Source: Phaeosaccion multiseriatum (Eukaryota > Protista > Ochrophyta, other classes). From it: DNA of 64,000 nt. Positions 58,346 through 64,000 of this stretch are shown here, piece by piece. Position 1 is the first letter of the stretch. Each line of letters begins with the position of its first letter. Under the pieces are notes generated by a model. It had not been told where the DNA came from and ran no database searches. It worked only from the letters and a program-made list of their open reading frames with translations. The position numbers were made by a program, and so were the translations under genes. The DNA is taken from positions 3,038,001 to 3,102,000 of the forward strand of contig OZ218955.1 in assembly GCA_965112735.1 (NCBI GenBank), written 5' to 3'.

Positions 58346-58957
58346 CTACGCATCATCATTGCTGTCCAACGTGCTTGCGAGCTCCTCGTCAGGCAACTTC
58401 CGCTCGCCTCGCTGCTGTATCACCAACTGCTGCTGCCGCACGGTGAGCTCAACTCGCGACGACTCCATAGCGTGCGCCGCCGCACCGTCTTTGGTGGTGC
58501 ATGTGCCGAAGTCTCTCCTTTCGGAACCCCCCCCCCTCCTCACACTGGAGCCGGAGAGGAAATTGGCCATGGGTGGTATAGGCTCTGAGCCCCCGCTCCC
58601 GTGCTGCTGTATCACCAACTGCTGCAGCGCGTTAGGGTCGAGCTTGATCTTGGCCATAAAGTGGGAGAAGTTGGTGTTGTTCACCGGTAGGAAGTTGGTG
58701 CGTAGGTCCACGGCCACGCTCAGTAAGGCAATGATGGCCAGGTTGAGGGTGAGGATTACAATCACAAACTCGAAGGAGGGGGAGGGACACTTCCAAAAGA
58801 AGCCGCTCCTCAGCCAGGTGCTGTCCTTGTCACAGTGGTAGGAGGCGGCGTACATGCCGGTGTAGTGCATGGAACAGGCTGAGGAGGAGGAGGAGGAGGA
58901 GGAGGAGGAGGAGGAGGAGGAGAAGGAGGAGGAGGAGGAGGAGGAGGAGGAGGAGGA

Positions 58958-58988
<31 letters not shown>

Positions 58989-59243
58989 GAGGAGGAGGAG
59001 GAGGAGGAGGAGGAGGAGGAGGAGGAGGAGGAGGAGGAGGAGGAGGAGGAGGAGGAGGAGGAGGAGGAGGAGGAGGAGGAGGAGGAGGAGGAGGAGGAGG
59101 AGGAGGAGGAGGAGGAGGAGGAGGAGGAGGAGGAGGAGGAGGAGGAGGAGGAGGAGGAGGAGGAGGAGGAGGAGGAGGAGGAGGAGGAGGAGGAGGAGGA
59201 GGAGGAGGAGGAGGAGGTCGGGCGTGTCAGCCACGTAGGCAGG

Positions 59244-59276
<33 letters not shown>

Positions 59277-60795
59277 ATGGTCCGGATTATTGCAAAGAGC
59301 ACACAGCCAATCAGCCCTTTGACCCCACACACACACACCTGCGAGTCCGATGACGGCCGCCGCCCCGACTCTGAGCATCTCCAGCGTGGGCTTCCACACG
59401 AGCAGCCTGAACAAGATCCACACTCCTGCAAGAGCCACCACCAGCGCTAACACCACGGAGAGAGCGAGAATGCCGAAGTTCCACTTCACGCGGAAAGGGC
59501 CGTGCAGGGAGGCGATGCCTGTGTGTGCGTGTGTGTGTGTGCGCGCGCGTGTGTATGTGTGTGCGGCGTGTGTATGCGTGTGTACGTGTGAAGTGTGTGT
59601 GTGCGTGCGTGTGTGTGCGTGTGTGTATGTGAAGTGTGTGTGTGAGCGTGTGTGTGTGTGAAAGCGGGAGGCGAGAGGTGAGAGACAGGAGACCGACAGA
59701 GGCGGGGGTGGGGCAGTGGATGGTAGTGGATGGCAGTGGATGGCAGTGGATGGCAGCGGATGAGAGGTGCGATACGCTGGACCTGTCTTATGAAACACAT
59801 CAGAGCGACTGCTTCTCTTTTCTCCTCTCCTCTCCTCTCGCGTCACTGACCACCCCCCGCTATCACACACACACACACACGCGTACGTAATTCTTAGGTA
59901 GATTCCTATCGGAGAAGTCAATAAAATTGACCCCCTCCCCTCTCCCCTACCAGACCCCCCCCCTCACCTGAGAAATGCATGGTCAGCATACCGCCTGCGA
60001 TAAGCACCGCTGCCAGGCAAATCCTTGTCAGCTTTCCAAAGTAGGCCCACCGCTGTGTGACAGAGGCATATGGGGGGAGGGGAGGGAGGCAGGTAAGGCG
60101 CTAGTTGGAGGCGTATGGGTTGGAGGGAGGCACGGTAAGAGCATATCGGAGCCGCACAGGGGCTTGTTGGTGGCGGAGACGGAGGGAGGGCCGCCAAGTG
60201 GGATGAAAAGGGGAAGAGCAGTGAGGCCTCGAAGGCCTACGCCTATTGCACTCACAATTGCGTTCTCCCGGGAGCGCAGCGCCGGCACGTTCTTGTCATA
60301 TTTGGCCAGCATGACGGTCTACCGGGAGAGGGAGAGAGAGAGAGGGAGAGGTCAGGAAGGAGGAGAGAGAGCATTCCATCTTTATCTCATCGCCTCACTC
60401 ATTCACTCATTCACTCACACACTCATTCACTCACTCACTCAATCACACACACACTCACTCACTCACTCACTCACTCACTCACACACACACACACTCACAC
60501 TCACACCCTCACACCCTCACACCCTCACACCCTCACACCCTCACTCACTCACTCGCTCACTCACTCACCTTGAGTCGCGAAGCCCGATCGGAGGCGAAGT
60601 AGATATCATTGCTGGCCTGCCAGAAGCCGAGGCGGTTACACGCGCAGCAGAGCGCGAGGCTCAAGAGGGTGAGGAAGAGCTCGTACTGCACCTCGATCTC
60701 CTCCCCTGTGCTTTCACTCACTAGGCGGCGAGCCCCCATGCCCACTGGGTAGAGCAGTTGGTGGTACAGTAGTAGTAGTAGGTAGTAGGTAGTAG

Positions 60796-60831
<36 letters not shown>

Positions 60832-61698
60832 TATATATACATAGTGGTAGAAGTAATAGTAGTAGTAGCAGTAGTAGTAGTAGGTAGTAGTAGTAGTAGC
60901 AGCAGCAGCATGCAGTTGGTGATACAGCAGTGTCAGGGCAGGGGCAGGAGCAGAGGCGGTTGGAAGGGGGGCAACAGGAGGGGCGGACAGACAGACAGAT
61001 AGGAGAGAGGCAAGACGGGGAGGGACGGGCAAACACAGAGCGAAGGTCATGGGGTAGGACGCATGGAATCCACGTCAGCTGATGTCCGGTAAGTAGATGC
61101 CTGCTCTCCTCTCTGCCCTCTCTTACACTTACGGAAGTGCATGCCCCATATGCCCGCCCCGAGTGACGTCGCAGCGAAGGCGTAGGGCATGTGGAAGATG
61201 CCAAAGTTCGGCCTGGTGCCATCGCACAAGCGCGCGTGATCAAGCACCACCACCGCGCCAAAGGACCCGTATGCGACCTGAACAAGTGGGAGGGAGTGCG
61301 CGACAGCAGCAGCAGCAGCAGCATCAGCAGCAGCAGCAGCAGCAGCAGCATCAGCAGCAGCAGCAGCATCAGCAGCAGCATCAGCAGCAGCAGATCATGG
61401 CGTGTCAGAGGATTTAGAGGGGGAGACAATGTGAGGGGGGGGCGGAGAAGAGGGAACGGGTCGAACACGAGGAAAGAAAGGGAGAAAAAAAAGAAAGAAG
61501 AAGGAAGGAAGGGGAGGAAAGGGGGGGAAATGGTAGAGGCAGGCAAGGGTGGAGAGTGGCAGGAGGAAGCCTGCCCAGGGACGGAAGGGAGACGCATCAC
61601 AATCAGCAATCTTTGCCATCACTCACCACGATGTACGATAAGACGACTTGCCAAGGCATCCACCGCACCGCAAGGACCTCCCCTTCCGTGCATGTCAT
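58346..61698 (-). CDS. Stand-alone MHYT-domain multipass membrane protein, ~417 aa. Exons: 61698-61627, 61277-61133, 60744-60569, 60318-60256, 60052-59968, 59518-59339, 58878-58346
   Basis: VVLSYIV, GAGIWGMHFLGM, YELFLTLLSL, GGMLTMHFSGI, ACSMHYTGM give three MHYT repeats. 1254 nt in frame with GT-AG introns. Confidence 0.88.
58882..59216. repeat. (GAG)n/(CCT)n tract of ~335 bp forming the polypyrimidine tract of the last MHYT intron
   Basis: Directly visible and abuts the acceptor at 58879-58881. Confidence 0.95.
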
Positions 61699-62084
61699 CT
61701 CACTTGTGAGATGGCGGCGCTGCGTACCCTCCTTCCGTCTCTTCTACAATACCCTCTTCAACTTCAGGATAGTAGAGAGGAAAGGGGAAGGGGGTGTGAC
61801 CAATTTTTAACGGAGCAGGCGCTAGATCTAAAGGCGTTGGGCAGACGAGGATTGGGGGGGGAAACAAAGAGCCAGCAGTCTCCAGGCTCGCCTCCCGGAG
61901 GAGTGAGCTTCCGAGAACGAGCACCGCACCGAGAGCATAGTGACCTCATCGTGTGTGTCGTGCACAGGGCCAATCTCTACGGGATACAGACGGGAACGAA
62001 AGTTGAACCCCCCCTGTTGGTGTTCCGCTGTGAGGACTCACAGCTGTCGTGGTTTTGGCTAAAAAAATTGCCTACTCTTCTGTG

Positions 62085-63248
62085 ATGCTTCTGGCCGGCC
62101 CAGCCGGCCTGCTTCCTGCTTCTGGGCTGACCTCTCTCAGAAGCATGTCAGGGGCCGACCTGTAATCAGATAATCTTGTCCAGGGTCGACTCCCTCCCTC
62201 CCTCCCTCCCTCCCTCCCTCCCTCCCTCCCTCCCTCCCTCCCTCCCTCCCTCCCTCCCTCCCTCCCTCCCTCCCTCCCTCCCTCCCTCCCTCCCTCCCTC
62301 CCTCCCTCCCTCCCTCCCTCCCTCCCTCCCTCCCTCCCTCCCTCCCTCCCTCCCTCCCTCCCTCCCTCCCTCCCTCCCTCCCTCCCTCCCTCCCTCCCTC
62401 CCTCCCTCCCTCCCTCCCTCCCTCCCTCCCTCCCTCCCTCCCTCCCTCCCTCCCTCCCTCCCTCCCTCCCTCCCTCCCTCCCTCCCTCCCTCCTCCCTCC
62501 CTCCCTCCTCCCTCCCTCCCTCCCTCCCTCCCTCCCTCCTTCCTTCCGTCCTTCCCTCCCTCCCTCCTTCCTTCCGTCCCTCCCATCTTCCTTCCTCCCT
62601 CCCTCCCTCCCTCCCTCCCTCCCTCCCTCCCTCCCTCCCTCCCTCCCTCCCTCCCTCCCTCCCTCCCTCCCTCCCTCCCTCCCTCCCTCCCTCCCTCCCT
62701 CCCTCCCTCCCTCCCTCCCTCCCTCCCTCCCTTGCTTCCTGCTTCTGGCTGGCGCCAGAGGGCCTGCTTCCTGCTTCTGGCCGGCCAGAACCTTGTCAGG
62801 GGCCGAACAGGGTACTCTAGAGCCACGAAGGAACGAAGCCACCCGGCTGGTGAATACGTGATGATGCTGGGAGGTTGATCCGCAGGGTCAAGTCGGTGCT
62901 TGCCTAGTCCTTGCAATTCGATCCTCCTACTGGGCGCGCAGAAGGTTTCTGGGTCGGCATACTTTTTCCTCTCTTCTCTTCATCGGGCAAGACTCAACTT
63001 TTAGAATAACAAACTCACCTCTTCCTCTGTGACTCGTGCGTGAAAGGTACGTCACATTTAATATTATCTAGAACATATTGTGATGGAAGGAGGCTATTCT
63101 TACATGTGGTGTCGTTTGATATAGTCGACCCTGGACAAGGTTACAGTGGGCGCCAGCCATAATCAGTAATCAGGCCCGGCTGGCCAGAATCAGTAATCAG
63201 GCCGGCTGGCGCCGACCGTAATCAGGAACCACATAGCCTTGTCCAGGG
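62085..63248. mobile_element. Cluster of MITE-like pieces with TIR AGTCGACCCTGGACAAG around a ~540-bp (CCCT)n tract
   Basis: 62175-62191 CTTGTCCAGGGTCGACT is the exact reverse complement of 63123-63139. A partial third copy CTTGTCCAGGG lies at 63238-63248. Subterminal motifs recur: TGCTTCCTGCTTCTGG x3, TGTCAGGGGCCGA x2, AATCAGTAATCAGGCC x2. Confidence 0.55.
62191..62731. repeat. (CCCT)n tetranucleotide tract
   Basis: Directly visible. Confidence 0.95.
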
Positions 63249-63257
63249 AATTGGAGC

Positions 63258-63505
63258 TGAAGAGTCATGCGCTGAAGGAGAACCGGGAGACGAGAAAAAG
63301 CCTTGGTGAATAACCGAGTAAATTGCTTACGGAGGAAAGATCTCCTGCTAGGAAAGAACTATCGCACGTGAAGAGGTCAACAGGTGTGCGTTAGCTCTAC
63401 AGTCAATTTAAAAAATCTTCTGTAACTGTACAGGAATGTCCAAACAATAGTAAAGAACAGTTAGAAGAAAAGACGAAAACTCCATAGATTTCACACACAC
63501 CCCAA
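63258..63505 (-). mobile_element. Possible Copia PPT and 3' LTR remnant
   Basis: On the minus strand, downstream of RNase H: GATTTGGGGTGTG, then TGTGAAAT...CTCTTCA (~240 bp, AT-richer, TG...CA ends). No second LTR is present in the window to confirm it. Confidence 0.3.
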
Positions 63506-64000
63506 ATCATGGGCACCGTCGCCATGGAGTATGTGGAGACGGCTAACGAGCAGGCGGCAGACATCCTTACCAAGAACCTGGCGACGCTCGAAGAACGCAG
63601 TAACGCCGCCAGGTTCTTGCTTGGTCAAGATGTCTACTACCGCCTGGTTAGCCGCCTCCACATACTCCATGGCGACGGTGCCCAACTTGATCTGGTGGCG
63701 GATGTGATGGTAGCGCACATCGATGTGCTTGGTCCTCCTCGGCGCGAGCTCGTTCTCCGCCAGGTTGATGGCCGCCTTGTTGTCCTGAAGAAGAAAGGTA
63801 GCGAAGAGCTGCTCACACTCCAAGTCCCGCAGCGTATAACGCATGCTGAGAATCTCTTTGGTGGCGCTGCTTAAGGCTGGTGAGAAGTCCGTCCTCGTCC
63901 TGCCAGGAATCAGCGCCGAGGAGGACGGTCTTCTCACCAGCCTTGAGCAGCGCCACCAAAGAGATTCTCAGCATGCGTTATACGCCTCGCGACCACTCCG
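63506..64000 (-). mobile_element. Ty1/Copia retrotransposon RNase H fragment, rearranged by inverted duplications
   Basis: ALSSATKEIL..., QDNKAAINLAEN...RRTKHIDVRYHHIR..., MEYV...ADILTK are Copia RNase H motifs, present in both orientations. Confidence 0.88.

Overview
Eukaryotic, GC-rich, intron- and microsatellite-dense genomic DNA. The gene content suggests a stramenopile or ochrophyte alga, but this is inference only. Most six-frame ORFs are artefacts of simple repeats, so gene models were rebuilt by hand from GT-AG junctions with phase checking. In order: the 3' part of a VPS13 gene (25 exons in the window); a Cys-rich secreted-type protein with an acidic tail; a disrupted GT34-like glycosyltransferase; a 202-bp foldback and a decayed transposase-like ORF; a glutamate-dehydrogenase homologue that has lost all key catalytic residues; an intronless island of ankyrin-BTB / GT17-like / ankyrin-BTB genes; an SRSF1-type splicing factor; a head-to-head NDC80 and kinesin-14 pair; a stand-alone MHYT membrane protein; and a terminal repeat zone with MITE-like pieces and a Copia RNase H fragment folded into two hairpins. 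The most notable observations are: (1) ankyrin paralogues that differ mainly at ligand-binding positions; (2) the intact pseudo-GDH; (3) a 9-nt core, TTGGTGATA, set in CAG tracts, with about 20 exact copies across introns, UTRs and exons in four reading frames; (4) a tandem extra domain inserted in the VPS13 VAB region; (5) repeat orientation in introns that follows transcript direction.
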